Below, one piece after another: positions 51,010 through 63,888 of a stretch of DNA of 64,000 nucleotides. The stretch covers positions 66,220,609 through 66,284,608 of the forward strand of contig NC_068987.1 in the NCBI RefSeq assembly GCF_001194135.2, written 5' to 3'. Numbering within the stretch: position 1 is the stretch's first letter; each line of letters starts with the position of its first letter. Origin of the DNA: Octopus bimaculoides (lineage: Eukaryota). The notes under the pieces were generated by a model. The model did not search any database, had not been told where the DNA came from, and saw nothing but the letters and a program-made list of their open reading frames with translations. A program made the translations under genes and the position numbers.

Positions 51010-52800
51010 ATCAAGAAAACCTACAGATGAAGGACTTTGTTGATTGTCAAGAGCTCAGGCACCCCTCGGGCTGTTGTCCTCCATTTTATAGACCCAGGCT
51101 TTGAGTAGTTCAATTCGCCTTGACCATATTAACCACTTTCACCCATTTTTTATATGTCCCTCATTTTTCTTTCCGAGTTCAACTTGGAAAAGTCCATTAG
51201 CATTTGAACAAAAAGGAAGGTGTATCTCTAATATTTTCTATCTCGTCCACAGCAAACATGAATTCGTCATCGTGAGGATCGAGCCACGATCTGACTTTAA
51301 GAAGATGAAAATAGAGTTCGCTGCTTTCCAGGTTTGTTGAGGTCGAGTGTTTGGGAGATCCACATGAAACAATCGGCCAATGGTTAGGATTAGATTAGCC
51401 ATACACGCGATACCTGGCATTCGAAACAATTCAGCAATACTCGACATTACACCAATACATGGAGTACGATTAAGTCTCCCAGTGAGCATCTCGGAAAGAA
51501 TTTTCTCTCCCGGATCTTCTCCGGCTGTAGAACTTGTCGTTGTACCGATAGTTCCCATCGGTTACATTGTCCGGCTAAGGACTCCAGGAAATTATTTACA
51601 GAATTCCTTAGAATCTCATCAGTTTTATCTTCCTTATCGACAGCTAATTTTTCCATGATGACGTCTCGCTCTTACACACCAACGTTCATTCTATGTTATT
51701 GTGTTATAACAACCACAAACTGAATTTCCCGACTGGTAGAGGGTGGTGTGTGCTGGACCATATTTCAGGTGCTTAGAGCCTAAATTTGAATTTTCTTTTA
51801 CTCAGGAGTGCAGCGCCGTCAAGGAAATGAGTTGCAACAAAAGTGCCTTACAAGCAGCGGCACACCTGCTTACTATCGAAGAAGATCTGATGGTGGCACA
51901 GCGTGTCTCCATCAGCTGCCAAAGTATACCATGCTAACCTTCCAGAAGGTACTGCCGACAAACGGACTGCCTGAGTTTTGGAATGCATCCCTTCCATCAG
52001 AAGCAGAAGAGCAGACGATTCAATCTGGCTAAGTGCGAATTGGGGCAAGGTACAACGGCTCCACCTTCGAGATATCGCGTCAAATTTAGCTTCTCAGACT
52101 ATTTCTGAGTGAAACTGCTCACAATACTTGTAACCTCATCCCAAGTACTGTCCACATCCATACCTGGACCTAATCAGACTTCCAGCATTTTTGACCTCTC
52201 CATCTTTCCAGTGCCCTAAGGCATGGACTCACCTGTTAAGTTGTCGAGGCACAAGCCCACCCATTTGTATGGATATATCTTAGCTCCAGCCATTTCCTTC
52301 TATTCCTTAAGAGAAGAATTGGCTATTTTCACTTTCGTGGTGATCGTCATCATTACGGTAACATCGTGTACATAGGCTGCCACAAATCTCCTGCACTCAC
52401 GTTCAAAGGGATACCACTCAAATAGTTTAGCATCTGAAGCTACGGCAATGGCGCGATGACGTATAGAGAGGACATTCCTTAAAAGTGCGCAATAGAAATA
52501 TTCCTGTGAGAAGGCTATTCACTTTGACTACCAAGGGATACTACTGTGCATTGACGTGATCCAGTCTCTGAAGAAAAGTCTGAAACCGGCCACTTTTAGG
52601 TTGACGCTATGAAGCGATGGTCTATCCCATGGAAAGGTTTCGACCTTTCCTTATTCATCAGATGTCACAAAATCGAGATTTGTTTCTCCTCTTTATAATG
52701 TATCGTATGCGGTAGGGTGTTGTAGTAGACAGATCTATAGACGTTTGTATACTTCTAGGCTTCCCAAACCACCAACGATACTCTGGGTATAGCACTGAAG
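51010..52800 (-). mobile_element. Tx1/L1-clade LINE relic (RT to 3' end)
   Basis: Frameshifted RIRYIIKR, SKPFHGIDHRFI...AGF..FRDWITSMHS, AYVHDVTVM, MAGAKI, LLWTR*KIL and KWVKVVNMV. It parallels the better-preserved 62451 copy. Confidence 0.75.
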
Positions 52801-52804
52801 AGTG

Positions 52805-54010
52805 ATAAAAATTAGTTACTTATGGGAGAACTAATTTCTTATGGTGAGATTGAGAGAACTTTAGATATCTGTACGTTACACTGAGAGTTGTTAGCAACAT
52901 CATAATGGAATTTAGTATTTCCAAGAGACGAATGTTTGTGACGAAGAACGCCAAATATCACCAAAGGGAAAATAAATCTACTGAAAGAGAAGATACGGAA
53001 GAGCGATACAGATGATAGATATAAGTAGGCCAGAGTTCTGGAAGCTGATGTTTGAAAGGACAGAATTTTGAAAGGCAAAATTCAGAAAATATATTTCAAA
53101 TGTTAAATTTATAAAATCTAAACTCAGTGATAGAAACAGAATCGTTTTCATTACCTCAAGATCCATTTTCATCATCAGGCACGGTGGGAATAATCAAACA
53201 GATAAGGAAGATTTTGAGTTCTGTGGTAGAATAACACAGAAGTTACTGACAATAATCTAGTAGATATTGACAGATTATTTTTCAGCAGGAAGTTTGGAAG
53301 AAGATGACTGATGACTGCAGAAGACGCTGTAGGAGTCAAGACAGATATTTTAAGGAATATCATTGTCGAAAGTGACGGAGTATTTCAGTAAGAGGAAAGG
53401 ACATGTACGTAAGGAAAAGTAAGGAGACCCAGCGAAGAAACCTGAGCTAGAAAGGAATGACACGAACAGGGATTTGATACGAAATAACTTTTTTCCTTTT
53501 TTTTTTTTTCAAAATACTGAAGATAATAAAGATTCAGTTAATTGCTTAAAAAGAGAAGTTTTGAAGAAAGAGACGAAAGGCCTGATTGTAAAGCGATAGA
53601 AGGCCTGATCAGAGCAAGACATATCAACCTCGGTTGTATAATGATTACGTGGCAAAAAAGAAAATATGGGTAAAAGCTTGTATAGAGGTTTTCTATGAAC
53701 TGGAGATACGACACACTTTCTACAATCATACATTGGCAATTCTATGAAAAAAATTTAATTTGAATATGTTGGACAATTATATGCATATGAAATCGAATAT
53801 GTCCTTGAAAACGATCATATAGATGCACTATGTAATATGGAAATATAAAACTGATACGCAAGAAGGATATTCACATTCAGATATTGTTGTACGCAATTAC
53901 AAAGAAGAAAAAGTATATTGCTTACTACCTGAGTGTTCGACGAACATTTTGAGAAAATAGAACAAATATCAAACCTAGAGAAACTGGAAATGTTATAATT
54001 TGAGTTTTAA
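52805..54010 (+). mobile_element. R4/Dong-like relic (RT thumb through RLE), heavily decayed
   Basis: RVVSNIIMEFSISK, YK*ARVLEAD, KSKLSDRNRIVFITSRSIFIIRHG...RITQKLLTI, DIDRLFFSRKFGRR, KETKGLIV, HTFYNHTLA/IIHWQFYEK, SDIVVRNYK. Confidence 0.7.
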
Positions 54011-54204
54011 GGAGAATTGCAGGGCTTTTTGAAAGGTGATTGCAGATATTGGATATGGAGATGGATTTGCAAATTTTAGTGAAAACCTGGTTGCCTGACA
54101 CAGCAACAGATATGATGAAAGTATAATTCAATTTGAGACTTCACAATCCAATGCTTGCAGAACAACCACGAAAGTGTGAATAACTGAAAGGAATGATAAT
54201 GTTG

Positions 54205-54226
54205 ATAACAATGATGATGATGACGA

Positions 54227-54268
<42 letters not shown>

Positions 54269-54315
54269 TGAAGATGATGATGATGATGATGATGATGATG
54301 ACGACGATGACGATA
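54205..54315. repeat. compound (GAT/GAC)n microsatellite
   Basis: Seen directly in the sequence. Confidence 0.97.
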
Positions 54316-56725
54316 AACGTTGAAAAGAAATAGTTTTGTTGTAAGTAATTAGATAAGAAACTTAGCGTAATACATAAACACGCGAGGAATATTAGCAATC
54401 AAAGATAAATTCAATTGAAGAAATTGAGAATTAATTGAACTAAAAAGTGTTCATTAAGATCAAGAGAAATTACGACAGTATTAGCTTCATTTATTTTTTT
54501 AATTAATGAAGTATAGAAGAAATTTTATTTTCAGGAAACGCGATGTATCAGACGAAGGAGACAGAAGTTATAGAAGAAAATAAAAGAATACAAAGATTGA
54601 ATCTCTGAATTTAATAAATAATAAACCATAGACTGTTGCTCGTCAGTTCTGACGAGATTGACAGTGATAAGCAATTGCTAACAAATCAGTTTTGTGTTGA
54701 AGCAATCTGTGTGGAGATTTATGGAACTAACTCTGCCTGTCGACTGTGTTGAAATTACCAACGTTAGTAGAATGCTTAGATCTATTGCAAAATAACCAAA
54801 TTATTACTTTGTACGCAAAACTGATATACTAATTCACGAAAACATGTCAGGGATTGTTTGATATTATCATTTCAAATTTATTCTCAAAACAAATCAAGGA
54901 GTAAATGGTAACGCCATTTGAAGTGTTCAGGAATCGCCAGTCAAGTCGGCTCAAATATTTGGCGCAAACAATCTATGACGACAGTTGATATATACGACTT
55001 CAATTCCATCTCTCTTTGGTATCCTCAACAAGTCATATGTAAGAAGTCATGCAAGAAAGCAGACCCTATCGTGGGATGCAGAAGAAAATCTCATGCCTGC
55101 AAAGCAGTTCAAGACGAGCATGAAATAAACATAAACTTTTTAATCTTTGTATTTATTCGCGTCAGCAGCGTACATTAATTCGACTGTCACTGGTATAGAC
55201 ATCATTCAACCCTTGGAGGTCTTTTACTGTTCATTTTCTATCAACCGTTGATTTTCTATCAACGCTAATTGCTCAATCTCATTGTTCTCATTGAACCTAA
55301 AGAACATATATAGAAACAGTTCCCACTTTTGAGCAAAATCGTAGCACATTTTTAATTAATCGCATAGTTATTAATATGAAAGCAGATAAAAATAACTTCA
55401 TAAGACAACTGCAATCATATATAACTGCGGGGAATATCTAAATAAATATCAGTGCCAAGCAGTCTCTGATATCCTTGAATGAGTGGGTATCCCAACTTTG
55501 CACACAAAGAATCAATATTATTGTTCTGTAATAGTATAAGATTTCCACTAATGTTGATATTCTAAACATAATCGTCATGTAGAATTTTTCAGCACAAAGC
55601 TGCTCGAAACGTCCTTAAATCTCCCCCCCCCCCAGATGGCTTGACCACAAAACTCGTAGTTCCAAGATTAATTTCTTCACTATACAGCTATACTTGCTTC
55701 CACGATATGGCACGTAATTAATAGAAGAATAAATCGTATGACGAAAATTTAAAGAATTTATATATAGTTCTATTTTAAAATATGGAAACAGTAATAACCT
55801 GACACCTTATGATTTCAGAATGTTTGGAAAATTAAAGTAAATTCTAAATTATTGTCATTAAATCTATTACAACAAAATATTTCTGTTTATGAAAATATTT
55901 ATTCTATTCGATAAAATTATTGCTCAAAAAGCGTCTGCATATTTATCGAAATATGATTTGCGGATATTTATAAAAGTTGTAACAACCAGCACGTCCTAAA
56001 AATTATTCTTATTTTGATAAAGGTTATCATGAATATAATTCACAAATCTATATACAGTAAATTGAATAAGATTAATAATAATTTTAAGAATTAGAGAAAA
56101 TTACTTTATTTCACACTAGAAACTGAATAAATGTACTCTTTATAAATTGTCTATAAATTGTATATAAGTATTTCATAATTTCAATATACACCTGCAACAA
56201 TAGATTTTACATTGTTTTATTTTTGCTTGAACGCTGAACGTCTGGTGTAGACTTGTATCTTAATAGCCCATCTATTTTCAGAATACTACATTTAGACCAA
56301 TGTGTATGCCCCTTACACGTGCAGTGAAATGTCTTTGAAAGTATCTCATTTTAAAATATAGTAATAAATCATGAAACTTATTATAATAATGGTGATGAGA
56401 ATGTCACTGCTGCATCTCAAGATCACAATAACTACGACTGCGATGATATTGCTGCTGTCGCTATTGCCTTGCTCTTCATGAAGCAGACTCATCCAAATAG
56501 CGTCTTTATGTAAGCCTAGTTCTCCAGAGATAGCTTAATGTATGACAATAAGGATTTGCATGATGTTCGTTTAGGAGTGATAACTGGCAGGCCGAGCATC
56601 TAAATAGAGTCATTCAGTTTTATATTTTGCAATAGGAATTTACACGATTAATAGCCGATATTGGCAATAGTAACTTTAAATACACCAATACTCTTATTCA
56701 GATTTATTAACATCCTCATTTTTAC

Positions 56726-58010
56726 TTGTACGTTGTTCTGAAAATAATGGTCGCTTTAAGTGTTGCGTTTTGAAACGCAATTTAATTATAGTATTTTAAC
56801 TATATTTTAGGTGAATTTCAACATACTTAATAATTGATATATGCTCTTTAACAATTTTCTACTTATTTCAGACAGAAAACCTTCTTGAAGAATATGCACC
56901 TTTATTTATGAACATAACAAACAAAAAAAAAGGACCTTCGCTTACTTTTCTTGCTTGTGTTCAAACTTGGGCACAATGTCTCCTAAACTGCTGCCAATAT
57001 AAACAGAGCATGGGAAGAGAGGTCCACAAGTTATCGCACAATAATTTCGCGATCGCACAGAGGTTTCAGAAATTCCATAGTGATGATGAGAGCCTTGAAG
57101 ATGAAGAAGGTAGAGGACGGTCATGCAGTCTTGACAAGGAACAACTGAAAACAATTGTTGAACAAAACCTACGTCAAAGTGTCAGAGAAATGTCTCAGGC
57201 TCTTCGTGTCAGTATTGCAACAGTCTCACGCAATCTGAAAAATCTCCATAAATAGGTACCGCATGAACTCAAAGAAAATCAAAACGTTCGGCGTTTTGAA
57301 GTGTCCTCGATGCTCTTTCTGCGAAACACCAATGATCCTTTTCTTGTCCGAATAGTCACTTGTGACGACAAGTGGATCGTTTACGATAACCGTAAACGAT
57401 CAGGTCAATGGCTTGATAGTGATGAATCATCTAAACATTTACCAAAGTCAAAGTTGCATCAGCAAAAGATTATGGTAACTGTCTGGTGGTCTGCAATTGG
57501 TGTTGTCCATTACAGCTTTCTGGAAGCTAATCAGAGTATTACAGCAGAGGTTTACTGCAATCCAATCGCTGAAGTGCATGCTCACTTGCAAAAAGTGAGA
57601 CCTGCATTGGTGAATCGGCGTGGCCCAATTCTGCTTCACGATAATGCAAAGCCACATGTTGCAAGAATGATGCTCCAGAAACTCACACACTTGGGATACT
57701 TTACCACATCCTCTCCATATTCTCCTGAACTTTCACCCACTCACTACCATTAAAAAAAAATTTAAACACGTTTTTAAGTGATAAAACTCTCAGATCAAAA
57801 CCAGAGTTGGAATCAGTTTTAAAAGATTTCTTAGCATCAAGCACAATAGGTTTTTATCAATAATGCATAAATAATCACGTTGATCGATGGTAGAGATGCA
57901 TAGGATGTTGATGGCTCATACTTTGACTAATCAAAACATTTCTATTGTTAATTTTTCCAAAATAAAATTATGTTTCTGAAATCGCCTTTATTTTCGGAAC
58001 AAGCGAATAT
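56726..58010 (+). mobile_element. full-length (about 1.29 kb) decayed mariner transposon
   Basis: FQKFHSDDESLEDEEGRGR, RIVTCDDKWIVYDNRKRSGQWLD, KIMVTVWWSAIGVVHYSFL, ILLHDNAKPHVA and YSPELSPTHYH (third Asp lost). Degenerate TIRs ttgttctgaaaataatgg (56733) and its reverse complement at about 57975-58005. Frameshifts and stops are present. Confidence 0.93.
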
Positions 58011-58139
58011 ATGCAAGGAGTATTATAATCGACAAAAACAAAGATAGCCAGCTATGTCATATAAACATTAATTACTGAACGCAATGCAAGCCATTCTCAT
58101 AATATTAATATTCTAAATTTGTTGTGGTGTAGGCTATTT

Positions 58140-58315
58140 CGATTGGAGTGGTGGGGTCATTTTCATCGCCCCAACTGCTCAAGTGGTATTTATTTTAACC
58201 ATTTCCGAAAGGATGACAGGAAAAGTCAACATTGGTGGCGTATGTACTCAGAACATAAGAGAACGGAAGAAATGCCACTAAGCATTTTTGTCCAGTGCAG
58301 TAACAATTCTACCTT
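58140..58315 (-). mobile_element. SINE family B
   Basis: The reverse complement aligns with 36915-37060. Confidence 0.8.
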
Positions 58316-58792
58316 ATTCTCATGATATATAAATATTAAGACGAAGCAAAAGAAATCAAAGATAAATGCTGCAAAATTTCCAGCAATTTATATAAAGTAA
58401 ACTGAACCAAAGTCAGCTATCCCGTATGAAGCATTTAAATATGTCTATAATTTATATTACTTAATTTACGGCGCATTTCAGATTTATAGTGAAAATTCAT
58501 GGTATAGCTCTGAAATAGTTGATCTCGGTTGAGAATACAAGCCACATAGCTATCACATTTATGTCCGTTCTCTTATTTCTTACATGTAGCCTCTATGTAA
58601 TTGTGTGTGTATATAATTTTAATTTTACGGAAGATAAAATTACGCAGTCGGTGAATCAGACCGAATATACATTCAGAGTTTCGTACACGCCCGCGCGATC
58701 AGATAATCCTGGTAAAATATGAAAATCTTTGCCTGCGCGAATGTGCATGTGCCCGCACACGTGTTTAAGAGTGTTTGTATGTTTGTGTGTGT

Positions 58793-58831
<39 letters not shown>

Positions 58832-59048
58832 CGACCGTCTGTGTGTGCGGCCGTGTGTGCATGAGTGAGACCTTCTATGTATAGGGACGAATATTGATGG
58901 TAAACCGTTGAGCAGATTCGTATTGGACAGGATAGGTCAGATGGTTGTTACTATGAAGATGTGGAAAATATATACATGGAAGTATGTATGTATGTATGTA
59001 TGTATGTATGTACGTATGTATGTGTGCATGTGTGTGTATGTATGTATG

Positions 59049-59084
<36 letters not shown>

Positions 59085-59359
59085 NNNNNNNNNNNNNNNN
59101 NNNNNNNNNNNNNNNNNNNNNNNNNNNNNNNNNNNNNNNNNNNNNNNNNNNNNNNNNNNNNNNNNNNNNNNNNNNNNNNNNNNNNNNNNNNNNNNNNNNN
59201 NNNNNNNNNNNNNNNNNNNNNNNNNNNNNNNNNNNNNNNNNNNNNNNNNNNNNNNNNNNNNNNNNNNNNNNNNNNNNNNNNNNNNNNNNNNNNNNNNNNN
59301 NNNNNNNNNNNNNNNNNNNNNNNNNNNNNNNNNNNNNNNNATATATATATACGTACAAA

Positions 59360-60345
59360 TAATCAGAAAATGGAACAAACCTCAGATTAACATAGATCGA
59401 TACTGCACCACTTATATCATCGATTTCTTCCCTGGAACTCCTCTTTTTTGTTTATATTATTGACATATCCATTGTAACGGTTCTAATTTGAGACCTCGGT
59501 TTAAATTGTAAATGACAAATTGTAGAGACCGCTGGCCTTAGACTTGCTACATTGTGGATCATAGGTGGGATTCTCGGATATAATTTATGTGAGTAAATTT
59601 TCTTAAGCACTCTAGGGTAATTGTTTTGGATACATTTACTTGAGTTTACTTCGTTAGCATAGGAACTGCCCTTTCATAATCATGATAGTAATTTTCCTTA
59701 TATATATTTTCTTGATAACTTAGTTTCTTAATTTTTTTAAGAATCCTACCTCATCCCACTTAAATTGCAGCTACCCGTTGATAAACTGTAGTATTCCCTT
59801 GACTATTAATAGCTCACTCTTTTTACCTATGGACCTCATAGCCCCTAGACAGTATGTTATATGCTTTTAACATATTGGGCTTCTAGACTTTTTTCTAGGC
59901 GATGTTTTCTTTCCTTCTTCCTTTTGTTTATATAGTATGCTCTTGTTTTTTACTCTGATGAAGTTACTCTTCGAATGTCCTATGAAGATAAAGATCTTTA
60001 TTCTCGCATTTATTTATAGACAGCATTTTGGCAACGGATCGGAAACGACCGTAACATATGTTACGTCACCTATTTGTTGTCATGCTTTGTATAAAAAAAA
60101 AATAAGCTTTAAATGTGGTCCAAACGATGTGTTTGTTAATCAGAGGGTTTCTTCTTCATTTTGTGATTATTTGTATTTGTTTCCTGATAAACTCTTGTTT
60201 ATCCTGTGTTACATGCACTGTGCGTGCATAGTGTGCCTGCACACCAATTGCCCGAGGAGAACACGGATAACGTATACCGATAGTATATAGGGATATATTA
60301 TCCCTTATTCGGTTATTATAACCGCTAACTCTGTTTAAACTTGAC
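59360..60345 (-). mobile_element. Penelope-like element 5' part (leader plus decayed ORF N-terminus)
   Basis: The reverse complement of 60150-60340 aligns with 1345-1530 and includes the shared acaagagtttatcaggaa. Downstream, the decayed LIVKGILQFING*LQFKW and ICHLQFK...EEIDDISGAVSIYV weakly parallel the PLE N-terminus in the 1335 copy. Confidence 0.6.
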
Positions 60346-60358
60346 ATATATATATATA

Positions 60359-60542
60359 GTTTTAGGGAAAATAACCAAGTTTCAAGAACTCATCGATGAA
60401 AATCCACTATTATCTTTATCTCATGATATTTACTTTGTTTTATATTATACTCATTTATTGTGCTTTTAATTGTTAATTTTTCTATATGTGATAGTGGATT
60501 TTCATCGATGAGTTCTTGAAACTTGGTTATTTTCCCTAAAAC
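60359..60542. mobile_element. 184-bp TA-flanked inverted-repeat element (MITE-like or inverted PLE terminus)
   Basis: 60352-60410 is the exact reverse complement of 60491-60549 (59 bp including flanking TA). The spacer is 80 bp and AT-rich. Confidence 0.85.
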
Positions 60543-60961
60543 TATATATTTTATATATATTTCATCTATNNNNNNNNNNNNNNNNNNNNNNNNNNNNNNN
60601 NNNNNNNNNNNNNNNNNNNNNNNNNNNNNNNNNNNNNNNNNNNNNNNNNNNNNNNNNNNNNNNNNNNNNNNNNNNNNNNNNNNNNNNNNNNNNNNNNNNN
60701 NNNNNNNNNNNNNNNNNNNNNNNNNNNNNNNNNNNNNNNNNNNNNNNNNNNNNNNNNNNNNNNNNNNNNNNNNNNNNNNNNNNNNNNNNNNNNNNNNNNN
60801 NNNNNNNNNNNNNNNNNNNNNNNNNNNNNNNNNNNNNNNNNNNNNNNNNNNNNNNNNNNNNNNNNNNNNNNNNNNNNNNNNNNNNNNNNNNNNNNTATAT
60901 ATATATATATATGTATAGGCGCAGATATGGCTCTGCAGTTTAGGTGTTCGGTCAGGATTAC

Positions 60962-61140
60962 CTGGTTTTGTTTCAGATTCTCTTTCATCATGCGCCAGCT
61001 AGGGTAAGTATCTTCGACTACAGCTTTCCTGCTGATCAATATCTTCTGAGTGAATTTAGTAGTGTCAGCTTTTTTCTTGTTGCCATAGAAATTTCTAAAC
61101 TGATCGTTGGTTCTTCTAAATTGTTGCATTACTTATTGTT
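60962..61140 (-). CDS. candidate first coding exon of an unidentified host gene (unverified)
   Basis: Acceptor gttgacttttcag at 61141-42, ATG at 61129 with an in-frame TAA two codons upstream, 56 open codons (MQQFRRTNDQFRNFYGNKKKADTTKFTQKILISRKAVVEDTYPSWRMMKENLKQNQ) and a phase-0 donor CAG|GTAATC. No recognised homology. Confidence 0.25.
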
Positions 61141-62450
61141 CTGAAAAGTCAACAGCAGACACGCTTCTCTCCGTTCAATATATACACTACACTGCCATAT
61201 TCTAACAACCTGATCTGAAAGAAAATAGCTTAGGTCCACGGTTATCTCTTGTCGATAACACTTTAATATCTTTAAAAGCATTGTAAGTAAGCTAGAGAAA
61301 TATTCGCTTCTCCGCTGTTCCGTTGATTATAAAAGACGGCCAGTACAATCATTTGTAATTTGGCTGATGTTAAATTCAGTATTATATCGAATCGCTGTCT
61401 AAAAATAATATATATTCTTATATATTTAATTTGCTAAAACGCATAGAGACAAGACATAACAGAGGCAAAGATAGGTAAGTACATATAATTTGTACACTAA
61501 TTGCAATGTCTATTTGAGTTGTTCTCATGTAGCATTTTCTCCAATGGGTCAAAAGTGTCACTTCTACTGCCAACCAAGTTTAACGGACCTCATTGACATT
61601 TCTATGCATACATATATATGTATATATGTATGTACGTGTATATATATATATATATGTATGTATATATATATATGTATGTATATATATATTTATATATATA
61701 TATATATATATATATANNNNNNNNNNNNNNNNNNNNNNNNNNNNNNNNNNNNNNNNNNNNNNNNNNNNNNNNNNNNNNNNNNNNNNNNNNNNNNNNNNNN
61801 NNNNNNNNNNNNNNNNNNNNNNNNNNNNNNNNNNNNNNNNNNNNNNNNNNNNNNNNNNNNNNNNNNNNNNNNNNNNNNNNNNNNNNNNNNNNNNNNNNNN
61901 NNNNNNNNNNNNNNNNNNNNNNNNNNNNNNNNNNNNNNNNNNNNNNNNNNNNNNNNNNNNNNNNNNNNNNNNNNNNNNNNNNNNNNNNNNNNNNNNNNNN
62001 NNNNNNNNNNNNNNNNNNNNNNNNNNNNNNNNNNNNNNNNNNNNNNNNNNNNNNNNNNNNNNNNNNNNNNNNNNNNNNNNNNNNNNNNNNNNNNNNNNNN
62101 NNNNNNNNNNNNNNNNNNNNNNNNNNNNNNNNNNNNNNNNNNNNNNNNNNNNNNNNNNNNNNNNNNNNNNNNNNNNNNNNNNNNNNNNNNNNNNNNNNNN
62201 NNNNNNNNNNNNNNNNNNNNNNNNNNNNNNNNNNNNNNNNNNNNNNNNNNNNNNNNNNNNNNNNNNNNNNNNNNNNNNNNNNNNNNNNNNNNNNNNNNNN
62301 NNNNNNNNNNNNNNNNNNNNNNNNNNNNNNNNNNNNNNNNNNNNNNNNNNNNNNNNNNNNNNNNNNNNNNNNNNNNNNNNNNNNNNNNNNNNNNNNNNNN
62401 NNNNNNNNNNNNNNNNNNNNNNNNNNNNNNNNNNNNNNNNNNNNNNNNNN

Positions 62451-62903
62451 AGCTGCTGAAGTGAGGGTTGCAATGGCGGGCTGCGTGAGGGATATGTCGC
62501 CTGGATTGGATGGTCTACCCTACGAGATGTATTGTCAAATGCCAGACCTGTTTGGCGACCTCTTGGCATCAGTCTACTACAACTGGCAACAAAACGGGAG
62601 AATTCCCGGTTTCGTGAGCCGAGATGCAGTGACATTGCTGAAGAAAGACCCAGACAAGGGGAAGTTTATAGATAATTTCAGGCCCATCGCTCTGCTCAAG
62701 GCAGATTTGAAAATTTCGGCCAAAGTTATAGCCGAGAGGTTGGCGCTTGTCATCGATAAACTGGTCCACAAAGCGCAAACATGCTCCGTGCGGGGAAGAA
62801 GCATCCATGACAACCTCCACTCCATGCGCTACATCATGGACAGAGAAGTTAAGGATCCTGGCATGGGTGTGGCGCTGATCAATTTGGATCAATCTAAAGC
62901 TTC
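62451..62903 (+). mobile_element. Tx1/L1-clade LINE RT fragment with an open frame
   Basis: MSPGLDGLPYEMY...VTLLKKDPDKG..IDNFRPIALLKADLKISAKVIAERLALVI..LVHKAQTCSVRGRSIHDNLHSMRYI...ALINLDQSKA. The 5' side is cut by a gap; the 3' side breaks into GAT repeats. Confidence 0.93.
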
Positions 62904-63764
62904 CGATGATGCCGATTTTAATGATTTTGATGAGGATGCACACACACACGCACACACACACATACACACACACACTCATACACACACAAATTGAATATTC
63001 GACGTAAAATAAATTTCATTCAACTCAAACATTCATCGCCTTCATTAGATAATGTTTGTAGCAGTGTATACGTGTGTCTGTGTACGTATATGTATCAGTG
63101 TATGCGTTTGTATGTGTGTGAATAGTGATTAACTTTTTATATATACAAATTGATATATAATCTTTTATATTCATTGGTGAGCACGGCTAATATCTTTTCT
63201 AATGTTGCTCCTAATGCATCAACAAAACGAATTATGTCCCCAGATTTCTCTTACTGACACATAGGCATCCAATAGTTCCTTAAACCGTATCTTAATATTA
63301 AGATAATCTTGTTAAATGAACCTATTTCTAAGATCGAATTAAGGTGCATTTCGTTGCTTCGCGTCAGTAACTGCATTAAAATATGTATAAATATTTCATT
63401 GTGCGTCACATATAATCCGGCAGATTTAAACGGGAATATGTGAATCGCTGTTACATTTCGCCCTTGGAGATTGCCTTCGCTCTCAGTCTATAGTTTTTCA
63501 CAACATATACTATTTATTAAGGCAATCAGAATTTGAGGCCCCACATCTTTGAAATTAATGTAGTCTCTTTACTCAAATCTACCCCCAAAATTTATAATTT
63601 TTATCTGGAATGGTGTCTTTTGTTTGTATCTATCTGGTTGTATTCATCTTGTTTGTATATATCTGGTTCAGCCCAAGTTTCCCAGAGTTTTCTGACAATG
63701 AATTGATGTAATAATTGGATTTTCTAAAACAATCTGTTATTGGGAATTTAGTATAATACCTGGA

Positions 63765-63799
63765 ACAACAACAACAACAACAACAACAGCAACAACAGC

Positions 63800-63847
<48 letters not shown>

Positions 63848-63888
63848 AATAATAATAATAATAATGATAAAAATAATAATAATAATTC
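63765..63888. repeat. compound (CAA/CAG/TAA)n microsatellite
   Basis: Seen directly in the sequence. Confidence 0.97.

Noticed and set aside
59955-59976. CTGATGA-AG...C-GAAT hammerhead-like string
   Set aside because: A15.1 is missing, no valid stem III/NUH forms, and it is antisense to the inferred PLE.
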